Shown here piece after piece: positions 1-9,089 of a stretch of DNA of 64,000 nucleotides. Both the position numbers and the translations under genes were made by a program. Numbering within the stretch: position 1 is the stretch's first letter; each line of letters opens with the position of its first letter. The stretch comes from a virus (Duplodnaviria; Caudoviricetes), in IMG/VR virus record IMGVR_UViG_3300012208_000004, positions 556 to 64,555 of that record; one strand, written 5' to 3'. Below the pieces are notes generated by a model. It ran no database searches, was not told the DNA's origin, and worked only from the letters and a program-made list of their open reading frames with translations.

Positions 1-208
1 TCTTGGGCGTGGTCACTGGCATAATTGTTGCACTGTTTGCAATTTGGTATTGGTGGATGGTTGGACATAGAATGCCATGGTAACCCCCCCCCTTGCATGG
101 GGAATACTGGAGCTTGGGTTTTGCAATCCGGCTCCTTTTTTGTGTTCAGATTTGGTGAGTATTTTCATAAATATTGCATACTGCTCGAAAGTGATGTATA
201 TTTTGTCT

Positions 209-874
209 ATGGACGCTGAATATAACACAAATGAAAAGCCATGGGATCAGCAGGATGGAGAGCCCTCACTTTGGTATGGTCGTTTTAGGTCATATTTGGA
301 GATGGGCTTTAAGCGCAATGTTAATGCTGTGTATGCAGAAGAAGCGAAAAATAGCGAAAATCAGCGAAATTTAGATGCTGGTGGTGAGTGGTATAGAATA
401 GAAAAAGTGTGGAATTGGAAAGAACGTGCAAAATTATATGATGATAATTGGATAAAAGAGCAAGATAAATTAATTGCACGAGAAAAAGAAATAGTTTTGA
501 GAACAGGTTATGCGTTAATGCATAATCGAATTAAATTATTGAATAAATTTGTAGAGAAGATGGAGCAATGGGCGGATGAGGATGATAAGATATGGTTAGT
601 GAAGACACAAGATGTTACAAGTGAAAATTTTAGTAAACATACTGAAGAGATGATATTTAATGCTCCAATGATGAGTGCGATATCTAAATATTTAGATGAT
701 ATTGCTAAAGAAAAAGGCGAACGTGTGAAGAAGCAGGAAATAGATGTAACAAATATAAATGATCAGGATATGCAGGATTTTTATAAAGCGATTGAGGAAG
801 CATTGGATCAGCATCCAGGGGCAAAGATTGCCCTTGCTGAGAAGTTGGCAGAAATAGATGGGCAATCTCGCTAG
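209..874 (+). CDS. Putative terminase small subunit
   Basis: Overlaps TerL start; PWDQQDGE...F..YL...W...W.ERA..YD pattern typical of phage TerS-like proteins; start probably ~203-209 rather than 77. Confidence 0.6.
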   Translation: MDAEYNTNEKPWDQQDGEPSLWYGRFRSYLEMGFKRNVNAVYAEEAKNSENQRNLDAGGEWYRIEKVWNWKERAKLYDDNWIKEQDKLIAREKEIVLRTGYALMHNRIKLLNKFVEKMEQWADEDDKIWLVKTQDVTSENFSKHTEEMIFNAPMMSAISKYLDDIAKEKGERVKKQEIDVTNINDQDMQDFYKAIEEALDQHPGAKIALAEKLAEIDGQSR

Positions 875-1685
875 TCTTGCATACCGTCTTGATCCGGCTC
901 AAATGGCACGTGGCGCAGGTATTGAGCTTGATCCTTGGCAATCAAAACTGGTACGAAGTCATTCGAGCCGGATCTTGATCAATTGTTCTCGGCAATCTGG
1001 CAAGTCAACAACCGTCTCGGTCATTGCTGACCATACAGCATTTTACCAGGATGACTCGCTGATACTGCTGCTTTCACCATCGCTTAGACAGAGCGGTGAA
1101 TTGTTCCGCAAATGCTTAGATGTGTACCGTGATTTGGGGAAACCTATCCCAGCTGACTCAGAAAACAAGTTGAGTCTCGAACTTGAGAATGGTTCTCGCA
1201 TTATATCGTTACCAGGGACAGAGGGCACGACACGCGGTTTCTCTGGAGTAAAGCTACTCATTATCGACGAGGCTAGCAAAGTCCCTGACGAGCTGTACAT
1301 GTCAGTACGGCCAATGCTAGCAGTGTCGGGCGGTCGGTTGATCGTTCTTAGCTCGCCATATGGAGCGCGTGGATTTTTTTATGAAGCATATAAGAGAATC
1401 CAAGAGGATAAAAAAGCAATGAGATTAATAGATAATAATGATACATTTTATGATCTTGTAAATAATAAAAATAAAAGTGAATCTAACTGGGAATATTATG
1501 AAGTACCTGCTACAGAATGCCCTAGAATTACACCTGAATTCCTAGCAGAAGAACAGGAAGACATGGGAGATTGGTGGTTTCAGCAGGAGTATATGTGTAA
1601 GTTCAATGATATGCAAACAGCAGCATTTAGAAGTGAAGATATTGAGCAAATAGTAAAACCCGGTCTTGAGGTTTGGGATATATGA
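858..1685 (+). CDS. Terminase large subunit, ATPase domain
   Basis: Walker A SRQSGKST, Walker B LLIIDEA, SSP coupling motif, QEYMCKF motif. Confidence 0.9.
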   Translation: MGNLASLAYRLDPAQMARGAGIELDPWQSKLVRSHSSRILINCSRQSGKSTTVSVIADHTAFYQDDSLILLLSPSLRQSGELFRKCLDVYRDLGKPIPADSENKLSLELENGSRIISLPGTEGTTRGFSGVKLLIIDEASKVPDELYMSVRPMLAVSGGRLIVLSSPYGARGFFYEAYKRIQEDKKAMRLIDNNDTFYDLVNNKNKSESNWEYYEVPATECPRITPEFLAEEQEDMGDWWFQQEYMCKFNDMQTAAFRSEDIEQIVKPGLEVWDI

Positions 1686-2461
1686 TAGTTACACAAGAGG
1701 CAAAAACTGAAGAATTGCTTCCAATAAATATTGGTGTAGACGTTGGCCAGATAAGGGACAATACAGCCGTGTGTGTAACCGAAGTTGCACAAGTGGATAC
1801 GGGCAAGGTTCGCTACACAGGTCCTCAAACCATTGGCTATCATGACGAATACGGCGCTTGGGTACCTCCTACTGGCCGAGAGCCCGTGATGAGATCTGAA
1901 TACACAGTGAAGCAGATTAGACGTTTACCACTCAACACGAGCTATCCAGATGTGGCAATCCACCTTGCAGACATGCTAGGTAAGGATGTATTTAAGAATA
2001 GAAAAGTACGATTATTAATTGACGTGACTGGAGTTGGCAGACCTGTATATGACGCATTAAAACTTGAAATGTTTTTACGTTTAAATAATGCAGAAATCAA
2101 ACACCAATTAAGTGGTGGAATTGAATTTAAAATGTCGGAAAGGCACGTCTTGCAACTTAAACCGATTAGTTTTGTGCATGGTGAGATATATAATCGCTCT
2201 AAAGGCACGCTCGGGAAAGCTTTTCTGGTGTCGAGATTGCAGACGTTATTTCAATGGAAACGCTTTCATGCACCTAATACAAAAGAAGTGAAAGCTATGA
2301 TTGATGAGCTGTTAGTATATGAGATTAAGGTGGATGATAAAGGAAAAGATACGTATGGAGCATCTACCGGAAAACATGACGATCTTGCAACTGCTGCTGG
2401 TCTTTCGTGTTTAGAAGATCCATACAACGAAAAAGTAACATATAGTGAAAGAGTGTACTAG
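1682..2461 (+). CDS. Terminase large subunit, RNase H-like nuclease domain (separate ORF)
   Basis: IGVDVGQ..D, IDVTGVG and HDDL acidic motifs; ATGA overlap with the ATPase ORF stop. Confidence 0.8.
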   Translation: MIVTQEAKTEELLPINIGVDVGQIRDNTAVCVTEVAQVDTGKVRYTGPQTIGYHDEYGAWVPPTGREPVMRSEYTVKQIRRLPLNTSYPDVAIHLADMLGKDVFKNRKVRLLIDVTGVGRPVYDALKLEMFLRLNNAEIKHQLSGGIEFKMSERHVLQLKPISFVHGEIYNRSKGTLGKAFLVSRLQTLFQWKRFHAPNTKEVKAMIDELLVYEIKVDDKGKDTYGASTGKHDDLATAAGLSCLEDPYNEKVTYSERVY

Positions 2462-2755
2462 ATGGCAAAGAAGAGAAAAGTATTTAAGGGGTATATGACC
2501 GTAGAAGGTTTACATGTTGAACTTCAAGGTATTAATCTTGAAACTGGAGAGTCTAGCGATTTAGTGTCTTTATCATTTCCTCCTGAGTACATGGATGATT
2601 TTGTAAAGAGATGGCAGGAATGTAGAGATGGAACAAATGAACAACACTGTTTGATGTATAGGACTTATTTTGATGATCATCCTGATATGGATTGGCAAAA
2701 GTATCTTTCTATGGAATTTAAGAGGTTAGAAGAGAAGAAAAAGGATCAAGAATAA
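2462..2755 (+). CDS. Hypothetical protein
   Basis: ORF abutting neighbours on both sides (TAG|ATG, TAA|ATG). Confidence 0.6.
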   Translation: MAKKRKVFKGYMTVEGLHVELQGINLETGESSDLVSLSFPPEYMDDFVKRWQECRDGTNEQHCLMYRTYFDDHPDMDWQKYLSMEFKRLEEKKKDQE

Positions 2756-2998
2756 ATGGACGTTACCCAAGACTCGACTATCATGCTCCCGTCAGGTGAT
2801 TTTGAAAAATTGGACAAGCGTGAGAAGGAATCATTTCACGCATTGCAAGAGGAAATGATTGCAATGCTCGTAAACAAAAGCAACCATTTCAAGCTTCAAT
2901 ATCCAGGCTTACGTATTGAATGGCGTTTTCAAGCAGAAGTGTATCAAAGCGTTGTGAATGCGCCTAGTAGCGTGAAATATAGTGATAGGATTTATTGA
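2756..2998 (+). CDS. Hypothetical protein with TerL-like C-terminal motif
   Basis: Abutting ORF; ends VKYSDRIY. Confidence 0.6.
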   Translation: MDVTQDSTIMLPSGDFEKLDKREKESFHALQEEMIAMLVNKSNHFKLQYPGLRIEWRFQAEVYQSVVNAPSSVKYSDRIY

Positions 2999-3255
2999 GT
3001 ATGAGAGTAAATGGTTATCAATGTGATGCATGTTGCACTGTGAAAAGTGGGGAGAATTCTTTAAAAGATTGGTTTGCTGTATATGATTTTAGAAAAGGTG
3101 TTGAAAGTGATGAACAGCATTTCTGCTCGCTGCATTGTTTGCATGAGTGGGTAGAGAAGCAAATCCCAGTAGTTGGTCAAGTTTTCCCTTCATTCCGTAA
3201 TTCTAAAACAGAAGAGGAAAAGCAAGAAGATCGTGAGTACTGGAGGGATAATTAA
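2995..3255 (+). CDS. Hypothetical Cys-rich (Zn-binding) protein
   Basis: CDAC and HFCSLHC motifs; TAATG coupling to portal. Confidence 0.55.
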   Translation: MSMRVNGYQCDACCTVKSGENSLKDWFAVYDFRKGVESDEQHFCSLHCLHEWVEKQIPVVGQVFPSFRNSKTEEEKQEDREYWRDN

Positions 3256-4481
3256 TGAACACACTCCAATCTCCACCTGAGACACAGCCAAAGTATAAAA
3301 TCACCGATGATGATAGGGCACGCGCTACACGTATCCAAGATGCATGGGATGCTTATGAGGATAATTTTGTAAATCATTTTAAAAAGATGCCCGATGAGCC
3401 TGACATGAATGTTTTAAGCAATAGAGTTATTGAAATAGTGAATGCAAGCAATGACTTTTTGTTTGCTAAAGAGTTACAAATAACTGTTCCTGAAGGGAGT
3501 CCCAAGGAAGCGCAAGCTTTCTTGGATGATACATTTGGAAGGAAAGAAACCCGCATTCCATTTCTACTCCGTCTAGGGCTCAACGGGTCTATGGCAGGGA
3601 GTGCGTTTATTCGTATTGTTCCAGGTCGCAAAAAAGGCAAGTTCAGACTTATTGAAGTCGATCCAAGTACTATCAACGTTAAAACAGCTCCACAGGACTG
3701 TCAGACGGTCCTCCTGTACTGCATTGAGTATTGTGAGGATGAAGAGGACGCAAGCGGTAAGCCGCAACGTGTGTACTATCGTGAAGAGATTTCGCGCATT
3801 GATCCAACTGGCAACCAGCCATTTACTTACGAAGACATGGATGCAGACGGCATAGATTCCGATGTTATATGGAGCATTCAGCATTGGACACAAATAGCGC
3901 AAGCTGGCATGGCACCGAAGAATGGAAACTGGGTACCAGCTGGGGAGCCTTATGATTGGCCCTATCCATTCAGTCCGATATTTTCGTGTCAAAATCTTCC
4001 AAGACCCAACAGTTTTTGGGGATACCCTGACGTGACCAAAGGGCTCATAGGGTTAAACGACTCACTGAACCTTGTGCAATCAGGTATCAATGTGGAACGT
4101 AAGATTAAACGAATGCTGTATGCACCTGGTACAGGTGAGGGTACGTTGCGCATGCAGTCGGGCACGATTATGCAGTTGCCTAATGCTGACCAGAAAATTG
4201 AAGCTGTACAAGTGGCAAGCGAAACTGCAAGTGACCTCACCTTTGCCGCTAACCTCCGAAGTGACATGGATGAACAGTCAAGCGTTCCAGGAGTCGCAAC
4301 CGGGCGTATCGATATTCTCCCTCGTGGTATTACTGGAATTGCAGTGGAGCTTTTGTATGGGCCACTCCTCAAGAAGACAGACAAGAAACGTTGTACCTAT
4401 GGTGAAATGATTATAGAAGTTTCAAAGGCGTTGTTAGTATTGAATAACATGAAAAGCAGTGTGAGTGAGGATGCAGCATGA
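3255..4481 (+). CDS. Portal protein (SPP1/Gp6-like), N-terminal part
   Basis: Position after TerL; N.V..IVN....FLF, NLP.PNSFWG.PD and TGIAVELLY.PL..K motifs; usual C-terminal segment missing. Confidence 0.85.
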   Translation: MNTLQSPPETQPKYKITDDDRARATRIQDAWDAYEDNFVNHFKKMPDEPDMNVLSNRVIEIVNASNDFLFAKELQITVPEGSPKEAQAFLDDTFGRKETRIPFLLRLGLNGSMAGSAFIRIVPGRKKGKFRLIEVDPSTINVKTAPQDCQTVLLYCIEYCEDEEDASGKPQRVYYREEISRIDPTGNQPFTYEDMDADGIDSDVIWSIQHWTQIAQAGMAPKNGNWVPAGEPYDWPYPFSPIFSCQNLPRPNSFWGYPDVTKGLIGLNDSLNLVQSGINVERKIKRMLYAPGTGEGTLRMQSGTIMQLPNADQKIEAVQVASETASDLTFAANLRSDMDEQSSVPGVATGRIDILPRGITGIAVELLYGPLLKKTDKKRCTYGEMIIEVSKALLVLNNMKSSVSEDAA

Positions 4482-4735
4482 GTACACGTGATACAAAGTT
4501 TCAATGCTTTGCTAATTCGTTGTGGGAAGAGCTTTGCAGGAATTTTGGCAGTTGGTATGAATTTGATAATGACAATACTCACAACGAGTCGAGGGATATA
4601 ATAGCGCGTCGGGCTTATGATTTATTGGAACATGCAATAGGAGAGATTGACACAAGAGATTTAGACAGTCTTGATATGCATGAATTCATAGCGCGTATTC
4701 CTGATATGACTGAATTGCCCAAGGAGACACCATGA
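4478..4735 (+). CDS. Hypothetical protein (between portal halves)
   Basis: ATGA-coupled ORF. Confidence 0.55.
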   Translation: MSTRDTKFQCFANSLWEELCRNFGSWYEFDNDNTHNESRDIIARRAYDLLEHAIGEIDTRDLDSLDMHEFIARIPDMTELPKETP

Positions 4736-4953
4736 GCAAGAATCGCTATCTTTATGAAGATTTACAGGATCTACGATATGCATATGATCAGTTAGGGCAC
4801 GCATTAATCGATGCATTGAAGCCGTTGATTATTGCACTTATTTGGTTTTTAGATAGATTAACGACACAAAAATGTGCTCGGGTATGTTTGTTGATATCGT
4901 TTTCTTCTCTTTTGATTGTCTTAATGATTTTAGCGTTAATGCAGGGAGTGTAG
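4732..4953 (+). CDS. Hypothetical membrane protein (between portal halves)
   Basis: AGGAG SD; two hydrophobic stretches. Confidence 0.55.
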   Translation: MSKNRYLYEDLQDLRYAYDQLGHALIDALKPLIIALIWFLDRLTTQKCARVCLLISFSSLLIVLMILALMQGV

Positions 4954-4954
4954 T

Positions 4955-5293
4955 ATGAGCACCGACATTGATATAACACTAGAGTGGCAAAGCCCACTTC
5001 CTGTAGATGACTTACAAACAGTACAGGCATATGTGTTGTTGAAAAGTCTTGGGATATCTAACACTTCGATAATGAGGAAACTCGGCTATGATCCAGATGA
5101 GGAAGCAGCATTGTCAGCGGCGGAAGATGCGCAAGCCCTTGCTAACAATCCACTCATGCAACAACAGGACGTGTTGCCAGATTCCATTCCAGGAGTAGCG
5201 CCACTACCAGGTCAACCACCAGCAGTCGCACCTGGTGCGCAACCATCCCCATTGCAAGGTGGAAGTCCACAAGGAGTACAGCAGAATGGATAA
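4955..5293 (+). CDS. Portal protein, C-terminal part
   Basis: DITLEWQSPLPVD...GISNTSIMRKLGYDPDEE resembles the C-terminal region of SPP1-like portals; Pro/Gln-rich tail; GGGAG SD. Confidence 0.75.
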   Translation: MSTDIDITLEWQSPLPVDDLQTVQAYVLLKSLGISNTSIMRKLGYDPDEEAALSAAEDAQALANNPLMQQQDVLPDSIPGVAPLPGQPPAVAPGAQPSPLQGGSPQGVQQNG

Positions 5294-5582
5294 AGAATAT
5301 AAAGGTGAAATACATATAAATGGTAAAATATTGCCTATAACAAGTTTTATCTTTGCCTTTAGTCCTCCTCCTGAACCACATCTTATGTACAACAGGCAAT
5401 TTTTACCAGCTAATCAAGTTCCAGAGTGTGAAACGTCATTATGTGAAGAAAAAGCAACGCAGGATTGTGTTTTGTGTCTTACTCCTATTTGCAATGGACA
5501 TGCAAGTATGGCGGTGAAAGAGCATATATGTCATGCGTGTAGACTTGCGACCTGGATATATGTGAATAGAGCGAAAGGATAG
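5286..5582 (+). CDS. Hypothetical Zn-finger protein
   Basis: Multiple CxxC/CxxH pairs. Confidence 0.55.
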   Translation: MDKEYKGEIHINGKILPITSFIFAFSPPPEPHLMYNRQFLPANQVPECETSLCEEKATQDCVLCLTPICNGHASMAVKEHICHACRLATWIYVNRAKG

Positions 5583-5585
5583 AGT

Positions 5586-5870
5586 ATGAGCAGTGAGCCA
5601 ATTTCACAAACAGCGTTTGACACGCTTCCTAAAGCTATTCGTAACTGGATAGCTGGAATTGGATGGAAGCGAGAGGACATAACAAGTTGCCATATCCGTT
5701 GTTGTAGACCTTTGATTTTTACTTTTACCAAAGGGCAAGAGAAACGTTTTGTGCGATTGAATGTGCTAGAAAATGGAGAATATGCTAAAAATGTCATTGA
5801 AGAAGATCAAGAAGCATTAGTTCAACATGTTACACAAGTAAATATTGATACAGCTAAGCATGGATTGTGA
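5586..5870 (+). CDS. Hypothetical protein
   Basis: ORF with SD, in operon. Confidence 0.5.
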   Translation: MSSEPISQTAFDTLPKAIRNWIAGIGWKREDITSCHIRCCRPLIFTFTKGQEKRFVRLNVLENGEYAKNVIEEDQEALVQHVTQVNIDTAKHGL

Positions 5871-5879
5871 AAGGAAAAT

Positions 5880-6248
5880 ATGTTTACAATTGGGCTACAT
5901 GCCACATCGATTTTAGCGTGGGGAATAGCCGTTCACCTGTTTTGTGATTGGTTACTTCAAAATGACTATATGGCTAAATATAAGGTTTCGCTCTTGCATC
6001 CAGCCGCTTGGATACATAGCGGAATCCACCTGCTAGGCTTGCTGTTTATCTTCCCCTGGTGGGCGGCTTTGCTCATCGCTATTATTCATCTTTTGATCGA
6101 TACACGCGTGCCTCTTGTGTGGTGGAGGAAGTTCTACAGGCAAACAACCGAGGGACCTGTAGCCATAGATGTTGCAATATGGGGTGATCAAGTTGCCCAT
6201 ATTACAGTACTTGCAATATTTGCATTAATTATTGGAGGAGTATCATAA
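5880..6248 (+). CDS. DUF3307-like membrane protein
   Basis: HLFCDWLLQ, H...H, HLLID and DQVAH motifs within hydrophobic helices. Confidence 0.7.
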   Translation: MFTIGLHATSILAWGIAVHLFCDWLLQNDYMAKYKVSLLHPAAWIHSGIHLLGLLFIFPWWAALLIAIIHLLIDTRVPLVWWRKFYRQTTEGPVAIDVAIWGDQVAHITVLAIFALIIGGVS

Positions 6249-6524
6249 ATGGCAATAGTTCCAGATTTTGCAAATCAACCGACATCATTTCAACCATCAA
6301 TGAACGCTGAAGTACAACCTAATAGCGTGCATTTCAAACTTCAAAAAGATCCATTTACAGCCGATACACTAATTGTTCCTGATGGTCTCATGATACAAGT
6401 GGTAACGTTGTGGTTACAAGCGCATCCACAAGAATCAATTGAAATTATGCGTGCACTTAAAAATAAGCAACGTAACGAACTTGATATTATTCGTACGGTT
6501 AATAGTACGAAGAATAGGAGTTGA
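6249..6524 (+). CDS. Hypothetical protein
   Basis: GGAGGAG SD, abuts upstream stop. Confidence 0.6.
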   Translation: MAIVPDFANQPTSFQPSMNAEVQPNSVHFKLQKDPFTADTLIVPDGLMIQVVTLWLQAHPQESIEIMRALKNKQRNELDIIRTVNSTKNRS

Positions 6525-6525
6525 C

Positions 6526-6660
6526 ATGGCAAAGAAACAAAAGTATGTGATGACGTACAAGATGAAAGATGGTAGCACAGCTCCGTCAGGAGGTGTTGTT
6601 AAGACAGATAGCAAGGGCAAACCCATAAAGCGTGATGATGCTAAAAAGAAAGGAAAGTGA
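6526..6660 (+). CDS. Small Lys-rich protein
   Basis: AGGAG SD then MAKKQK...KKKGK. Confidence 0.5.
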   Translation: MAKKQKYVMTYKMKDGSTAPSGGVVKTDSKGKPIKRDDAKKKGK

Positions 6661-6661
6661 C

Positions 6662-6841
6662 ATGGCAGGTAGCAAGCACCCGGGGTTCAAGAAAGCGGCA
6701 TCATCGATTGCAGCAAAGCAAGGAATCTCAAAAGGAGCGGCCAGTGCTATTCTTGCCTCTAGCACGCGAAAAGCTAGTCCAGCAGCTAAGCGGAAAAATC
6801 CTAATTTGAAGAATGTACCATCCAAAAAGAAAGGGAAATAA
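6662..6841 (+). CDS. Small basic Ala/Lys-rich protein (possible DNA-condensing virion protein)
   Basis: MAGSKHPGFKKAA...AILASSTRKASPAAKRKNPNL; no acidic residues. Confidence 0.6.
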   Translation: MAGSKHPGFKKAASSIAAKQGISKGAASAILASSTRKASPAAKRKNPNLKNVPSKKKGK

Positions 6842-6842
6842 C

Positions 6843-7094
6843 ATGACAAAAAATACAAGTAGTGATACTGATCCTCAGTTGCAAGCGGTGAAACCCGATG
6901 ATATAAAGCCTGAAACTGATCCTGTAGCAGTTCCAAGCTTTGCTGATAAGGTTGAAGATCTCATGAACCATGCTATCGAGCAATCCATTCCTGCTCCAAA
7001 TCAACCTGCTACCGAGCATCATCAAAAGTTTGCAGCATGGGCAAATGCGCTAGGCGATTTGTTACGTGAGGTAAAGCAGCATGCTAAATCCTGA
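6843..7094 (+). CDS. Hypothetical protein
   Basis: SD + ATG just after upstream stop. Confidence 0.5.
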   Translation: MTKNTSSDTDPQLQAVKPDDIKPETDPVAVPSFADKVEDLMNHAIEQSIPAPNQPATEHHQKFAAWANALGDLLREVKQHAKS

Positions 7095-7326
7095 GCAGTT
7101 ACAATCTCATGAAACAAGTCCATTCCCCGTATCTGGCATATGGTTGCGTCGTATAGGTGACGAAGTGCATGTGCTTTTTGAACATGATGGGCACTGGTAT
7201 ATGGGCATTAATGAATTTGTGGAAGGGAACTTTAGTCACATTATGGAACCTTTAGGCATGAGGGCACGGGTTGAAAGAAAACAATTTGATCCGGTAACAG
7301 AAAAAGAGGTTGTAAATGCCCAATGA
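7081..7326 (+). CDS. Hypothetical protein
   Basis: GAGG SD, overlapping operon. Confidence 0.55.
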   Translation: MLNPEQLQSHETSPFPVSGIWLRRIGDEVHVLFEHDGHWYMGINEFVEGNFSHIMEPLGMRARVERKQFDPVTEKEVVNAQ

Positions 7327-7543
7327 TGAACTTAAACCAAACAAAGTAGAGCGGCCTGACTGTCATCACATGCAAACGATCATGGCTCGTCCCTCTCTCA
7401 ATCTTTCAGACTATAGCCAGCGGCTTGTTCCTGAACTGCAAGAGGCAATCAAAGAGCCATGCGCGGAGTGCGCAAAGGAAAAAGCCGAATTTGCCAAGCA
7501 AAAGCTTGTGCAAGAAATGGATGAAAAAGCAGGAAAGAAATGA
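7316..7543 (+). CDS. Hypothetical protein
   Basis: GAGG SD, overlapping operon. Confidence 0.5.
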   Translation: MPNDELKPNKVERPDCHHMQTIMARPSLNLSDYSQRLVPELQEAIKEPCAECAKEKAEFAKQKLVQEMDEKAGKK

Positions 7544-7872
7544 GTGAGCAAAAAAGCCGCGCTAGGTTGCTTGTAGACCATCAAATGATGGATTATGCTC
7601 CATCTAAAATTGAGATGCCAAAGTATGGTCAAATTGTTTGGCATGTGATGGAAGTGCAGGGACTTTTTGACTTATTCAAATCGTTTCTTTTACTTCCTGC
7701 CCAATACGAGATTATTGGAGTGTATTTTGATGTAGCGCATGCAATGTGGACACTTCTTCTTGAAAGTGAGGATATTCCCTTGCCTGAAAAAGGAATGGAG
7801 CTTCCTCTTGCTGTATCAACATATTATTATGAAGATGGCAAGATAAGCATTCATGAACTGAAGTTTGTGTAA
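7540..7872 (+). CDS. Hypothetical protein
   Basis: ATGA coupling. Confidence 0.55.
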   Translation: MSEQKSRARLLVDHQMMDYAPSKIEMPKYGQIVWHVMEVQGLFDLFKSFLLLPAQYEIIGVYFDVAHAMWTLLLESEDIPLPEKGMELPLAVSTYYYEDGKISIHELKFV

Positions 7873-7882
7873 AGGAGAAACC

Positions 7883-8212
7883 ATGACAAAAGATGAATTG
7901 ATTGAGAAGTTGGCAGAAAAAGAGCATGCATCATGGGCACGGTGGATGGCCTATCTCTTCTCGAAGTGTGAGGATAATCCAGATGGCTCACTTACTATCC
8001 CGTCTGCTTACGTAACATCGCTACAATCACAGATAGATGCATCATATGCAGATCTATCAGAGCAGGAAAAGCAGTATGACAAGGATGAGGTAGCTCATAT
8101 CTTGCCCATCATTGAAAAGTACACAGATGAAAAGCTGCAAAATGCAGTTGTGAAAACAATAAGCCGCGGAGGATTAGTCAATCCTATTGGCAACCCCTTG
8201 CACGGTGATTAG
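7883..8212 (+). CDS. RyR-domain-like hypothetical protein
   Basis: LAEKEHASW...YADLSEQEKQYD pattern; AAGGAG SD. Confidence 0.55.
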   Translation: MTKDELIEKLAEKEHASWARWMAYLFSKCEDNPDGSLTIPSAYVTSLQSQIDASYADLSEQEKQYDKDEVAHILPIIEKYTDEKLQNAVVKTISRGGLVNPIGNPLHGD

Positions 8213-8266
8213 TATTGTGCATTTTGCAAAATGTCTTGACTTTTTGAGAAAGAAGGATTTATACTA

Positions 8267-8968
8267 ATGTCAGAACAAGAAACTCCACCAGCTCCCGCGA
8301 CGGGAACTCCTGGAACATTACCCGCGACGGGTACTCCGACTTCACAAGGTGCGACACCTGCGAAGCCAAGCGTTGAAGAGTTACAAGTACGTATTGCAGA
8401 ACTTGAAAGACATTCAACGAATAAAACTGAAGAAGCTTCACGCCATGGTAAAAATCTCTCTGAAGCTCAAAAGAAGCTTGCAGAATACGAAGAAAAAGAG
8501 AGATTAGCGCAAGAGGCAAATCTTTCTGAGATTGAAAAGTCAAAGAAAGTCGTTGAAGCAGAAAAAGCAGCAAGAGCACAGGCAGAGCAGCAAATTCAGC
8601 AATTAAAACAAGAACTTATATCGAAGATGGTGCAACTCATGGCGAAAGAAAAAGGCATTATTGATACAGAGCTTGCATCATTGGCTATTGCTGGAAAGCT
8701 TGAATTAGGGGACGATGGCATGCCAACTAATGTAGACAAAGCGCTTGACGATCTCATCAAGAATAAGCCATACCTTGCGCCTAAACCTGCTGAAACGACA
8801 CAAGAACAGCAAACAACACCTGCTCAAACTGCAAATAATCAAAGACCACCTGCAACACCTGCAATGAATCCAGGTCGGTCAAGTATCACCCAACAAACAA
8901 CATTGCAACCAGGGAAAAAAGTGACATTTAACGAGGCATATGGCCCTCGTCCTGGCAGAACTTCATAA
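8267..8968 (+). CDS. Head scaffolding protein
   Basis: Coiled-coil, Glu/Lys-rich, L...KPYL motif, directly upstream of capsid gene. Confidence 0.8.
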   Translation: MSEQETPPAPATGTPGTLPATGTPTSQGATPAKPSVEELQVRIAELERHSTNKTEEASRHGKNLSEAQKKLAEYEEKERLAQEANLSEIEKSKKVVEAEKAARAQAEQQIQQLKQELISKMVQLMAKEKGIIDTELASLAIAGKLELGDDGMPTNVDKALDDLIKNKPYLAPKPAETTQEQQTTPAQTANNQRPPATPAMNPGRSSITQQTTLQPGKKVTFNEAYGPRPGRTS

Positions 8969-9081
8969 ATTTTTTCATGAATACCTGCGATGGGTATAAG
9001 TGAAAGCCTGCGATAGGCACTCATTAACTTCAGGTAGCGCGATGCTCCCAGAAGCATACACCACTTGAAAATAATGGGAGC
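8293..9081 (+). promoter_or_regulatory. Two clusters of three GCGAY-pentaloop hairpins (scaffold 5' coding region and scaffold-capsid spacer)
   Basis: Stems at 8293-8305, 8319-8333, 8347-8359, 8981-8997, 9006-9018 and 9036-9046; different stems, same loop. Confidence 0.7.
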
Positions 9082-9089
9082 CTTTTTCT

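Noticed and set aside
4449-4954. Self-splicing intron or intein in the portal
   Set aside because: No group I/II core or intein motifs recognised; the interval is filled by two ordinary coupled ORFs
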